Of a stretch of 64,000 bases of DNA, positions 27,808-36,577 are shown one piece after another. The notes under the pieces were generated by a model, which ran no database searches, was not told the origin of the DNA, and was given only the letters and a program-made list of their open reading frames with translations. Numbering within the stretch: position 1 is the stretch's first letter; every line of letters starts with the position of its first letter. Source of the stretch: Anaerolineales bacterium (GTDB lineage: Bacteria; Chloroflexota; Anaerolineae; Anaerolineales; UBA11858); the NCBI GenBank assembly GCA_034520505.1, contig JAXHNK010000002.1, forward strand, positions 425,269-489,268, given 5' to 3'. A program made the position numbers and the translations under genes.

Positions 27808-28866
27808 TTACGTATCCTGGAGCATTTTCTCACTGAATTCTTTGGATAAATCATAAACCAGGCGCTGCCGATCATCAGGGGATAAAAAAGAAGCCCGGGC
27901 AGCTGCTAACACTCGCTCCCGCAGGATCCACCGGGGCATCTCCAGCTGTTGATCAAACACGCGGTATTCATTGCTGAGCGTGATCCGGGAAATGCTGGGG
28001 TCGTCCGTGTTCAGGGTGACGTTGATGTTCTCCAGCATCATCTGCTTGATCGGATGCTCTTCCAGGTCCTCCACAACCCCGGAATGATGATTGCTGGTCA
28101 TACAGACCTCAAACGGCAGCCCTTTCTCCCTGACCAGATCCACCGTTAGGGGATCTTCGAGCACCCGGATTCCATGACCGATGCGGTCGGCGTTGAACTC
28201 CAGGACCGCTTCCCGCACATTTTGCGGGCCGCTCCACTCTCCAGCGTGAATGGTTATTTTCAAACCGGCCTGTTGGGCCTGGCGGAACAACGGCATAAAC
28301 GGTCGGGCTGGAAAGTCTGCTTCATTGCCGGCCAGGTCCAGGCCGACGATCCCCTGCTCCCTGCGTACCACGGCGGCTTCCACCACCTTTTCAGCCAGGT
28401 CCAGGGGTTCATGACGGTTGACGCTGACTATCAGGCGCACCGCAACCCCGAATTCTGCTTCCGCTTCCCGGGCGCTCGCCAGCACCCAATCAATCACCTG
28501 AGCGACCGGAAAACCTTCCGCCCGGCTCAAAGCTGCCGGGGTAAACCTCAATTCCAAATAACGCACGTTGTCATCCGCAGCGTCTTCGACCGCCTCCCGG
28601 GTAATCCGTTTGATGATCTCCGGTGACTTATAAAAAAGGCGCAGGGTCCCGAATTTGGCCAAAAAATTTTCGAAGGTATAAGGATCATCCTGCTCAACCT
28701 GAACCAGAGGGCGAAGATAGCCGGTATCTTTAACATCCAGATTGTGCGCCCGGACGATCTCCATCATCGTTTTCACCCGCAGCGATCCTTCCAGGTGCCG
28801 GTGGAGGTCAACCTTGGGCAAGTTGAGATAGAAGTGATCGTTAGCGGTCAACGGTGATCCAGTCAT
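27808..28866 (-). CDS. add: Adenosine deaminase
   Basis: 352 aa. Metal-binding HRHLEGS, HAGE, and TLNTDDP. Confidence 0.85.
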   Translation of the reverse strand: MTGSPLTANDHFYLNLPKVDLHRHLEGSLRVKTMMEIVRAHNLDVKDTGYLRPLVQVEQDDPYTFENFLAKFGTLRLFYKSPEIIKRITREAVEDAADDNVRYLELRFTPAALSRAEGFPVAQVIDWVLASAREAEAEFGVAVRLIVSVNRHEPLDLAEKVVEAAVVRREQGIVGLDLAGNEADFPARPFMPLFRQAQQAGLKITIHAGEWSGPQNVREAVLEFNADRIGHGIRVLEDPLTVDLVREKGLPFEVCMTSNHHSGVVEDLEEHPIKQMMLENINVTLNTDDPSISRITLSNEYRVFDQQLEMPRWILRERVLAAARASFLSPDDRQRLVYDLSKEFSEKMLQDT

Positions 28867-28927
28867 AAAAGGGAAGCCTTACAGGGTGGTTTATCTATGT
28901 GCCCTATTGTACCTTATTTGCCCCCCC

Positions 28928-28966
28928 GGAAAACAGAGAGGGCTCCTGCGGTAAAAACAGGAGCCC
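28928..28966 (-). terminator. Rho-independent terminator downstream of secA
   Basis: 9-bp stem GGGCTCCTG/CAGGAGCCC (28940-28948 / 28958-28966), followed on the minus strand by TCTCTGTTTTCC. Confidence 0.55.
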
Positions 28967-29011
28967 TTGCCCGGGATCAGGCCTAAAGTTTGCATTCCAA
29001 CCTCAGGGAGG

Positions 29012-32000
29012 TTACCCGCCCAGTTCTCCCTCACTGATAGCCGTTTGTACACTGCTTACATCCCGGGGCTGGAAGGTAAACATGCGGTTGACCACGCTCA
29101 TCCGCATATCTTTCATCAAATTCTGGAACATTTCAAACCCCTTGGTCTTGTACTGAACCAATGGGTCCCTCTGGGCATAAGCTTCCAGACCAATAGATAC
29201 CCGGAGAGCTTCCATTTCCGTCAGATATTCCACCCAGAGCTCGGAGATCACCCTGAGCAGCAGTTGCCGGTAAATTTTGGATAAAGCAGCCCGACCCAGG
29301 ATGTCCTCCACCTGGTTGGATAATTCTTCCGGCAGCTCACCGATCTTCTGGTCAGCAAACTTTTCGTATTCTTCTCCCAGCTCCTCCTGGAGCAGATCCT
29401 GAAGATCTTCTAAGTCCGCTAAAGCGTTATCCGCCAACCGGGTGGATTCACTTCGCCCCCAGGCGTTAAGGATCCTACGCTGGGCAGACACCAGATGGTC
29501 AACAGCATCCTTTTCGATAGTTTCTCTGGACCTGGAACTCAGGATATCTGCCGCATAGAACGAATAGTTCAATCGATTGGTCCGCAGCCAGACACGCCGG
29601 TGGCTTTTCTTATCGAACGTCGCCCGCCGTCCTTCCGCCATAGACTCCAGTAGCTCCATCATTTGATTTTCGCCCAGCTCCCCTTCCGGGAATCCGTTGA
29701 GGGTGCTCTGGATACTTTTGATGATCAAACCTTCTTGAGGATCCCCCAGATAACGATCGGTGCGGGTCTCAAACAGCTCCCTGACCCTGTCCTTGATTTC
29801 CTCCCGGAGGTCATCCCAGTCGCTTTGCTCAAAATCAAACTCTTCCAGCTCCAGCGGTTCTCCCATGATCCTTTCTACCGCTCCGACCAGACGTTTTAGC
29901 TCCAGTCCCATCAAATACTCAGCCACCTGTTCCTCAATCAAATCGCGGATCTGGAATGAAACTTCATCCCGCAGCTGCTGCCACTGAGGGTTCTCCAGTT
30001 CAATCCGCATCCTCAAGAGCTGGCTGAGCTCATCTTGAAGCTGATTGACTGATTGGCGGGTGCCCTCTTCGTCTCCCAGGGATAAACCGTCCATGAAAGT
30101 ATCTAAAATTTCCACCCGATTGGCCAGCTGGTTCTCAAATTGGAGCATCCGATCGTCAACCAGCTGATCCACAGTCTGGAGGATATAATCCTGCTCGGTA
30201 GATAGGGTTTCCCGGGCAATTTCTAACAGCACCGGTTGAATTTCCTCCGGCGCAGGGCGGGAAATCTGATCCTGGATGTCATCCAGGATCAACCGGATGG
30301 TATAAGAAGGAAATTTATCCTCTTGGAAATTGAGGTTGGGCTGGGTTTGAGAAACCCAGCTGAGAAACTTCCAGGTTTGATCGAATTCCAGACTTTGCTC
30401 CTCATCCCAGAACAGGTCCTCAATCCGGTTTTCAACTTCCGTGATCAGCATCTCCGTCACGTCTTTACTCAAATCATCCTTGGTAAAAATTCGTTCTCGC
30501 TGTTGATACACCTTCTCCCGCTGCGTGTTGAGCACATCATCATATTCCAGCAAGTGCTTCCGGACGTCGAAATTAGCTCCCTCGACCCTGCTCTGGGACT
30601 GCTCGACCACCCGATCCACCAGACGGTTTTCGATAGGCATGGACTCATCAATTTGCATCCGGTTCAACAAGCCTTCCATCTGCTGGCCCCCGAACCGGGC
30701 CATCAGCTCATCCTCCAGAGAGAGATAAAAACGGGAGGACCCGGGATCACCCTGACGGGCGGCCCGCCCCCGCAGCTGATTATCGATTCGTCGGGCTTCA
30801 TGCCTTTCTGATCCGATGACATGCAGCCCGCCCCGCTCCTTCACCCGTTTTTTATCCTCCATATGATTGAGGAAATAATCGATCTCCGATTCATAAATCC
30901 CATAATCCTCGGAGGACAACTCCAACAGGGCCTGTTTTTGCTCCGCCATAGTCCTATCGTAGGGGTTTTCATGACCGGCCCGATCCAGGACCCGGACAAC
31001 GTCCGCGAGGATTTCCTCTGCCACTTCACCGCCCAGCTTGATATCAACCCCTCGCCCGGCCATGCTGGTAGCAATTGTCACCGCCCCAAAACCGCCGGCT
31101 CCAGCGATGATCTGGCTTTCCTCGGTGTGCTTCCGGGCGTTGAGCACATCATGATCAATTCCCCGCCGGAGCACCTGCTCCAGACGTTCCCGGTGTCCGG
31201 ACGCTAAACCCAGGATCTCGAGCAGCCGGTCAATATTTTCCGGTGATTTGATATTCAAAGCCAGATCAAGCTCCAGCTCCTTGGCTAAATTGCGCAGATC
31301 GGTAGTTTTTAATACCTCCAGGGAAGTATTCAGAGCCCCCAGCTGGGGCACCCGGCGCCCATCGGGCTGCCGACCCTGCTTCCTCATCCAGCTGTCCCGG
31401 ACTAACAGAATATAAGCCAGCATACGGATGGCGGGCCCTTCCAGCCGGTTGGAAAGCCGGTCGGAATTTTCCACAGACGTTGTCCCCACCAGGATCGGCC
31501 TCCCGATGATATGAAAGCGGACTATCTCTTCCACAATCGCCCGCAGCTTGGCTTCCTCGCTCAGGTAAATGACATCCGAATAGTCTTTCCGCTTCCAGTA
31601 AATCGGTTCTCTATCGGGGTCATTGCGGTTCGCATAATAAGTGTATTCGAACCCCGTACCTTCTTCCCGGCCCTGCAGCGTAATCAGGGGAGAATCAGTC
31701 CAGGTCGCCACATAATCCAGGTTGGTAGGAATGGCAATGGGGTCCAGGTTGTAGATCTCGTTAAACTCTTCCGCTTCGGTAACCGCAGTCCCGGTCATCC
31801 CGGATAATTTTTCATACATCCGGAAATAATTCTGGATGGTGATCGTCGCATAGGTGACATTTTCGCTCTGGACCTTGACGTTTTCTTTCGCTTCCACCGC
31901 CTGATGCAGCCCATCTGACCAGCGCCTTCCCGGCATCAGCCGACCGGTAAAATCATCGATGATGACCACTTTTCCGGCCTGGACCAGGTAATCTTTATTG

Positions 32001-33094
32001 CGTTTGAAAATGTATTCCGCGCGCAGCGCCTGCTCTAAATATCCCAGCAGCCGGGCCTGTTCCGGGGTGATATCTTCCGGACGGGCCGGGTTTCCCAACG
32101 AGCGGCCGAGCAGCTCTTCAACATGCGTCTCCCCCAGCGGGGTGAGGGTGATATTTCGATCCCGGATGTCAATTTCGTAGTCCTCGGGATTGAGTTTCTT
32201 GACGATAGAAGCCATCCGCCGGTACCATTCCGGGTCGTCATGAGAAGGACCGGAAATGATCAGCGGGGTCCGGGCTTCATCAATGAGCACATTATCGACC
32301 TCATCGATAATGGCATAATAATGACCGCGCTGCACCCGATCTTCCAGTTTCATCGCCATGTTATCCCGGAGAAAATCAAAGCCAAATTCATTGTTCGTTC
32401 CGTAGAGGATATCGGCCTGATAAGCCCGCTGCCGGGGAACCATATCCAGCTGATGGCGGTCCTCATGGGGAGATTTCAACGCCAGATCAATCAGAAAGGC
32501 TTTTTTCCCGTGCTCGGTGCGGGCGGCCATTTGCAGGACGCCGACGTTCATCCCCAGCAGTTCATAAATCGGGGCCATCCAGCGGGCGTCCCTCCGCGCC
32601 AGATAATCGTTGACTGTGACCAGATGTACACCGCGTCCAACGGGCAGGTTTTTCACCCGCTCAAATTTCCAGTTGTCAGGATCCTCGCCCCACTTCTCCC
32701 GGGCAGCTTTAACCCATTGAGGATTCAAAGCCAGGGCATTCAAATAGAGAGGAAGCGTTGCCCCCAGCGTTTTCCCCTCACCGGTTTTCATCTCCGCCAC
32801 ATATTCCCGGTGCATGGCGATCCCCCCGATCATCTGCACGTCAAAATGGCGCTGTCCGATGGTCCGCTTACTCGCTTCCCGGACCGCGGCAAATGCCTGG
32901 GGGAGGATGTCATCCAGGGTTTCCCCCCGGGCCAGGCGTAAACGAAATTCAGCGGTTTTTGAACGCAAATCCTCTTTACTGAACTGCTCGAATTCCGCTT
33001 CCAGTTCGTTGATATACTCCACTTCAGCGTCCAACTTTTCCAGCAGTTCCCGATGCGGGTCGCCCCCGAATATTTCCACAATTTTTTTAAGCAT
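29012..33094 (-). CDS. secA: Preprotein translocase ATPase SecA, unusually long (1360 aa) with several insertions
   Basis: EMKTGEGKTL Walker A, DEVDNVLIDEARTPLIISG, TGTA, TIATSMAGRGVDIKLGG, RIDNQLRGRAARQGDPGSS, and a C-terminal GLEAYAQRDPLVQYK. Confidence 0.95.
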   Translation of the reverse strand: MLKKIVEIFGGDPHRELLEKLDAEVEYINELEAEFEQFSKEDLRSKTAEFRLRLARGETLDDILPQAFAAVREASKRTIGQRHFDVQMIGGIAMHREYVAEMKTGEGKTLGATLPLYLNALALNPQWVKAAREKWGEDPDNWKFERVKNLPVGRGVHLVTVNDYLARRDARWMAPIYELLGMNVGVLQMAARTEHGKKAFLIDLALKSPHEDRHQLDMVPRQRAYQADILYGTNNEFGFDFLRDNMAMKLEDRVQRGHYYAIIDEVDNVLIDEARTPLIISGPSHDDPEWYRRMASIVKKLNPEDYEIDIRDRNITLTPLGETHVEELLGRSLGNPARPEDITPEQARLLGYLEQALRAEYIFKRNKDYLVQAGKVVIIDDFTGRLMPGRRWSDGLHQAVEAKENVKVQSENVTYATITIQNYFRMYEKLSGMTGTAVTEAEEFNEIYNLDPIAIPTNLDYVATWTDSPLITLQGREEGTGFEYTYYANRNDPDREPIYWKRKDYSDVIYLSEEAKLRAIVEEIVRFHIIGRPILVGTTSVENSDRLSNRLEGPAIRMLAYILLVRDSWMRKQGRQPDGRRVPQLGALNTSLEVLKTTDLRNLAKELELDLALNIKSPENIDRLLEILGLASGHRERLEQVLRRGIDHDVLNARKHTEESQIIAGAGGFGAVTIATSMAGRGVDIKLGGEVAEEILADVVRVLDRAGHENPYDRTMAEQKQALLELSSEDYGIYESEIDYFLNHMEDKKRVKERGGLHVIGSERHEARRIDNQLRGRAARQGDPGSSRFYLSLEDELMARFGGQQMEGLLNRMQIDESMPIENRLVDRVVEQSQSRVEGANFDVRKHLLEYDDVLNTQREKVYQQRERIFTKDDLSKDVTEMLITEVENRIEDLFWDEEQSLEFDQTWKFLSWVSQTQPNLNFQEDKFPSYTIRLILDDIQDQISRPAPEEIQPVLLEIARETLSTEQDYILQTVDQLVDDRMLQFENQLANRVEILDTFMDGLSLGDEEGTRQSVNQLQDELSQLLRMRIELENPQWQQLRDEVSFQIRDLIEEQVAEYLMGLELKRLVGAVERIMGEPLELEEFDFEQSDWDDLREEIKDRVRELFETRTDRYLGDPQEGLIIKSIQSTLNGFPEGELGENQMMELLESMAEGRRATFDKKSHRRVWLRTNRLNYSFYAADILSSRSRETIEKDAVDHLVSAQRRILNAWGRSESTRLADNALADLEDLQDLLQEELGEEYEKFADQKIGELPEELSNQVEDILGRAALSKIYRQLLLRVISELWVEYLTEMEALRVSIGLEAYAQRDPLVQYKTKGFEMFQNLMKDMRMSVVNRMFTFQPRDVSSVQTAISEGELGG

Positions 33095-33160
33095 AAGTAC
33101 CTTTTAGTGGTGTTTCCCAGATGGTTAAATAATGTAATTCATCCCCAAAAACCTGAGGCG

Positions 33161-33169
33161 ATTATAGCA
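33161..33169 (-). promoter_or_regulatory. Extended -10 promoter element (TGcTATAAT) for secA
   Basis: The minus strand reads TGCTATAAT about 65 nt upstream of ATG 33094. Confidence 0.4.
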
Positions 33170-33409
33170 CAGTCGTGTTAATAAACTCTAAGAAGCTGGA
33201 TCAGCGGCAGCCGCCCGGCACAGCCGGAATCGGCTGGGGACAGCTTGATCACACCCTTCATTTTACCTGCTTTTTCGGACCGGGCAGGCGCGGAACATGC
33301 GGGGAGAGATCCCTCAGGAAATCCCTCACCCCGGTCCCGCTACCCCTTCCTCCCCGGTCACTGACCAGCCTGTTCCCGACTGAAATGGGCCTTCAAAAAC
33401 CAGCTGTGA

Positions 33410-33418
33410 TGTTATAAT
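33410..33418 (+). promoter_or_regulatory. Extended -10 promoter element (TGtTATAAT) for murJ; implies a (near-)leaderless mRNA
   Basis: TGTTATAAT ends 8 nt before GTG 33427, and there is no SD in between. Confidence 0.4.
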
Positions 33419-33426
33419 CACTAGCT

Positions 33427-35028
33427 GTGAGCACCCAAATTTCCACCCCCAAACCCCCCTCAGCAAACCAGCAGATCGCCCGGGCCGCCGGCCTGGTCAC
33501 CCTGGCTTTCATCATCAGCAACCTGACCGGATTACTGCGCCAGGTGCTGCTGGCCGGCACCTTTGGCACTTCCGACGCAGTGGAAGCGTTCAACGCTGCC
33601 AATCGGGTGTCCGAAACTTTGTTCAACCTGGTGGCTGGCGGCGCCCTGGGCTCCGCCTTTATTCCCACCTTCGCTGGTTTGCTCACAGAAAAGAAGCGGC
33701 AAAAAGCCTGGGAATTGGCCTCTGCGGTGGCGAATTTAACCCTGATCATCCTCACCCTGGCAGCCGGGCTCGCTGCAATTTTTGCACCCCAGGTCGTCCG
33801 CCATATCCTCGCCCCGGGGTTTTCTGCTGACCCGGCCAAAGAGGCGCTGACCATTTCCCTGACCAGGATCATGCTCCCTTCCGCTGTGCTCTTTGGTTTG
33901 AGCGGGCTGGTGATGGGGATCTTGAACTCCAAACAGGTTTTCTTTATCCCTGCCCTGACCCCGTCCATGTACCAGCTGGGGCTGATTTTCGGCATCCTGG
34001 TCCTGGCTCCCCGGATGGGTATTTATGGTTTAGCCTGGGGCGTGCTGATCGGCTCGGCGCTGCATTTGCTGCTCCAGCTTCCGGCCTTGATCCGGCAGAA
34101 AGGTCATTACAAGCTTTCCCTGGGTTTTGATTCCCCCCACGTCCGCGAGGTGGTGCGCCTGATGGGCCCCCGGCTGGTGGGAGTGGCAGTGGTTCAGTTG
34201 AACTTCTGGATTAACGTCCGGCTGGCCTCACAGCAGCCCCAGGGGAGCGTTGCCGCGATCCAGTATGCCTTTACATTGATGCTCATGCCCCAGGCTGCGA
34301 TCGCCCAGTCCATAGCCACCGCTGCGCTGCCGACCTTTTCCGCCCAGGTAGTGCAAAAGCGGTTTTCGGAGATGCGGGACTCGCTCTCCTCAACCTTAAG
34401 AGGAGTGCTGCTGTTGGCGATTCCCGCCAGCACAGGCCTGGTGCTGCTGCGTAAACCGATCATCTCGCTGCTCTACGAGGGGGGAGAATTCACCGCCTAC
34501 AGCACCACCCTGGTGGCCTGGGCACTGCTCTGGTACGGAATCGGCCTGGTGGGACATTCGATGGTCGAAATCCTGGCCCGGGCGTTTTACGCCCTGCATG
34601 ACACCCGAACACCCGTCCTGATCGGGAGTGCAGCGATGACCCTGAACGTGGTTTTCAGTTATGCGTTTTCGGCGCTTTTCAGATCGCTGGGCTGGCTGCC
34701 GCATGGGGGCCTGGCCCTGGCAAACTCCCTGGCCACGTACCTGGAAATGGTCGGGCTCCTATACCTGATGAGGAACCGCCTGGGGGGATTAAAAGGCAAA
34801 AAGCTGCTGGGGGGAGCCCTTCAGGCCGTCTTTGCCAGTGGGTTGATGGCTGCTGGAATCATCCTCTGGACCCACTTTCTGGGAGGCGCCAGGGTCTGGC
34901 TGACGACAGGGGGAGGGGTACTGCTGGGCGGGTTTATTTACCTGGCGGTCATCCTGATTTTAGGGGTGAAAGAAGGAAAACTGGCCCTGAACGCAGCGAA
35001 AAGAAAACTCCAGGAATTATCCGCCTGA
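33427..35028 (+). CDS. murJ: Lipid II flippase MurJ (MviN family)
   Basis: 533 aa, polytopic. MurJ-like blocks: SNLTGLLRQVLLAGTFG, AFIPTF, and ARAFYALHDTRTPV. Confidence 0.9.
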   Translation: MSTQISTPKPPSANQQIARAAGLVTLAFIISNLTGLLRQVLLAGTFGTSDAVEAFNAANRVSETLFNLVAGGALGSAFIPTFAGLLTEKKRQKAWELASAVANLTLIILTLAAGLAAIFAPQVVRHILAPGFSADPAKEALTISLTRIMLPSAVLFGLSGLVMGILNSKQVFFIPALTPSMYQLGLIFGILVLAPRMGIYGLAWGVLIGSALHLLLQLPALIRQKGHYKLSLGFDSPHVREVVRLMGPRLVGVAVVQLNFWINVRLASQQPQGSVAAIQYAFTLMLMPQAAIAQSIATAALPTFSAQVVQKRFSEMRDSLSSTLRGVLLLAIPASTGLVLLRKPIISLLYEGGEFTAYSTTLVAWALLWYGIGLVGHSMVEILARAFYALHDTRTPVLIGSAAMTLNVVFSYAFSALFRSLGWLPHGGLALANSLATYLEMVGLLYLMRNRLGGLKGKKLLGGALQAVFASGLMAAGIILWTHFLGGARVWLTTGGGVLLGGFIYLAVILILGVKEGKLALNAAKRKLQELSA

Positions 35029-35071
35029 TCCATCCGCTATTCCCTATTTCAGGGTTGAAAGGCAGAAAGAA

Positions 35072-36112
35072 TCAGGGGCTGACCAGCACTTTCACGCTGG
35101 AAAGATGCTGATCCCGGGACATTTTCCCATCCCGGGACATAACCTGGACCCGAATCCAGGAAGGGGTATCCACCTGGTAAGGAATTTCTCCCACAAAAAA
35201 TCGGTAACCCCTGGCCAACTTTTTCTCACCCACACCGATGATTTTCGATCCCACAACTCCTCCCCGGAAGTTCACCAATTCCACATACAGCTGATTACCG
35301 GGAGCATAGCGGGTAAACCCCTGAACGATAATCACCCCGTCCTGGATGAGGGTGCTGGGGACAGGCTGTTCCAGGATAATTTTCTCATAAAGGTCAACCG
35401 GAGGATTGGTATCCGTTTCTCCCTCGGAGAGCAGAATGATGTCCGTGCTGGCCAGAGCCACAGTCCGGCCGTATTCATCCTGGGTGCTGATCACTATCCG
35501 CCCCTCTTCCGCTACCCCGGGAATTTCGAATTTCAAATCCACTTTGAGGTGCACCTTATAACTGGGAGGGGCGCTGTAGCTCAGCACATTGCGGGCTAAC
35601 AACCGTCCGTCTTCGCCGTAAAGGGCTACCCGCACACGGTCATCCTCACCCGGATTGAGATAAGCGTGAAGTTTGATCGGGGTGACCACCTTCGAGAGCG
35701 GGCCCGGGTTGAGGATCTGAATCTCACCGTAGGGGATTTCCTCCGGCAGCTCAATTTCTGCGGGATTCTTTAAAGCATAAGTCACTGTTGGCGAAGGAAC
35801 AGGTTCAGTCGGCGTTGGAGAAGGCAGAGGGATATCGGTCGGAGTTTGGGAGGGCAAGCTCAAGGAAGCTTCCGCCGTTGTGTCCTCCAGAGGGGGAGAA
35901 GGGGTTTCCATCCCTTCCTGAGCGGGAGGTGGATTCTCCATCAGAGCCTGGGCGGTCAGGGCAATGGCCGTGGGAATATGTTCTTCTGGAATTAAAGTGG
36001 GAACCTCTTCCACTCCGGGGAGCAGACCGCAGCCAACCAGCAGTAGTCCCAGAAAAACACTGGCCAGGAAACCGCTCAACTTAAGCTTCATCTTATTGGA
36101 TGATGATGACAT
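35072..36112 (-). CDS. Hypothetical lipoprotein (signal peptide with LLLVGC lipobox, Pro/Thr-rich linker, beta-rich C-terminal repeats)
   Basis: 346 aa. Lipobox-like LGLLLVGCG. No confident family assignment. Confidence 0.6.
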   Translation of the reverse strand: MSSSSNKMKLKLSGFLASVFLGLLLVGCGLLPGVEEVPTLIPEEHIPTAIALTAQALMENPPPAQEGMETPSPPLEDTTAEASLSLPSQTPTDIPLPSPTPTEPVPSPTVTYALKNPAEIELPEEIPYGEIQILNPGPLSKVVTPIKLHAYLNPGEDDRVRVALYGEDGRLLARNVLSYSAPPSYKVHLKVDLKFEIPGVAEEGRIVISTQDEYGRTVALASTDIILLSEGETDTNPPVDLYEKIILEQPVPSTLIQDGVIIVQGFTRYAPGNQLYVELVNFRGGVVGSKIIGVGEKKLARGYRFFVGEIPYQVDTPSWIRVQVMSRDGKMSRDQHLSSVKVLVSP

Positions 36113-36129
36113 CGTCGCTGTTCAATAGT

Positions 36130-36492
36130 TTAACCGGTTTCGTATTTCTTGATCACGGTCAGCAGCCTGTGCAAAGAAACGGGCTTACTGAGGAACAATT
36201 CGGAATCATTGAGTAACTCCCGATCTACTTCTCCTTCCGGTACCGCCGAGAGGATTATGACGGGAACTGATCGGGTTTTTTCGTTTTGAGAAAATTCACG
36301 GAGCAGCTGCAAACCGGAAACCCCCGGCAGGTTAATATCCACAAAGATCAAATCCAGGGGATAGTTTTCAATCACCTTCCAGGCCTGTTTGGCATCGACG
36401 GCCACATAAGCCTGATGATCCGCCAGAGAGACCGCTTTGGTGTACATTTCCAGCGCATCACTGTCATCGTCAATAAACAACAACTGCCCCAA
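36130..36492 (-). CDS. Single-domain response regulator (CheY-like receiver)
   Basis: 120 aa. LLFIDDD...DLIFVDINLPGVSG...SKP. Confidence 0.8.
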   Translation of the reverse strand: MGQLLFIDDDSDALEMYTKAVSLADHQAYVAVDAKQAWKVIENYPLDLIFVDINLPGVSGLQLLREFSQNEKTRSVPVIILSAVPEGEVDRELLNDSELFLSKPVSLHRLLTVIKKYETG

Positions 36493-36577
36493 GAGAACTC
36501 CTTTTTCCGTTCATGTGCCAAACATCTCAGTCACCAGACACCCATCCGGATTTTTCAGCCCCGGACAGCCCGGACCC

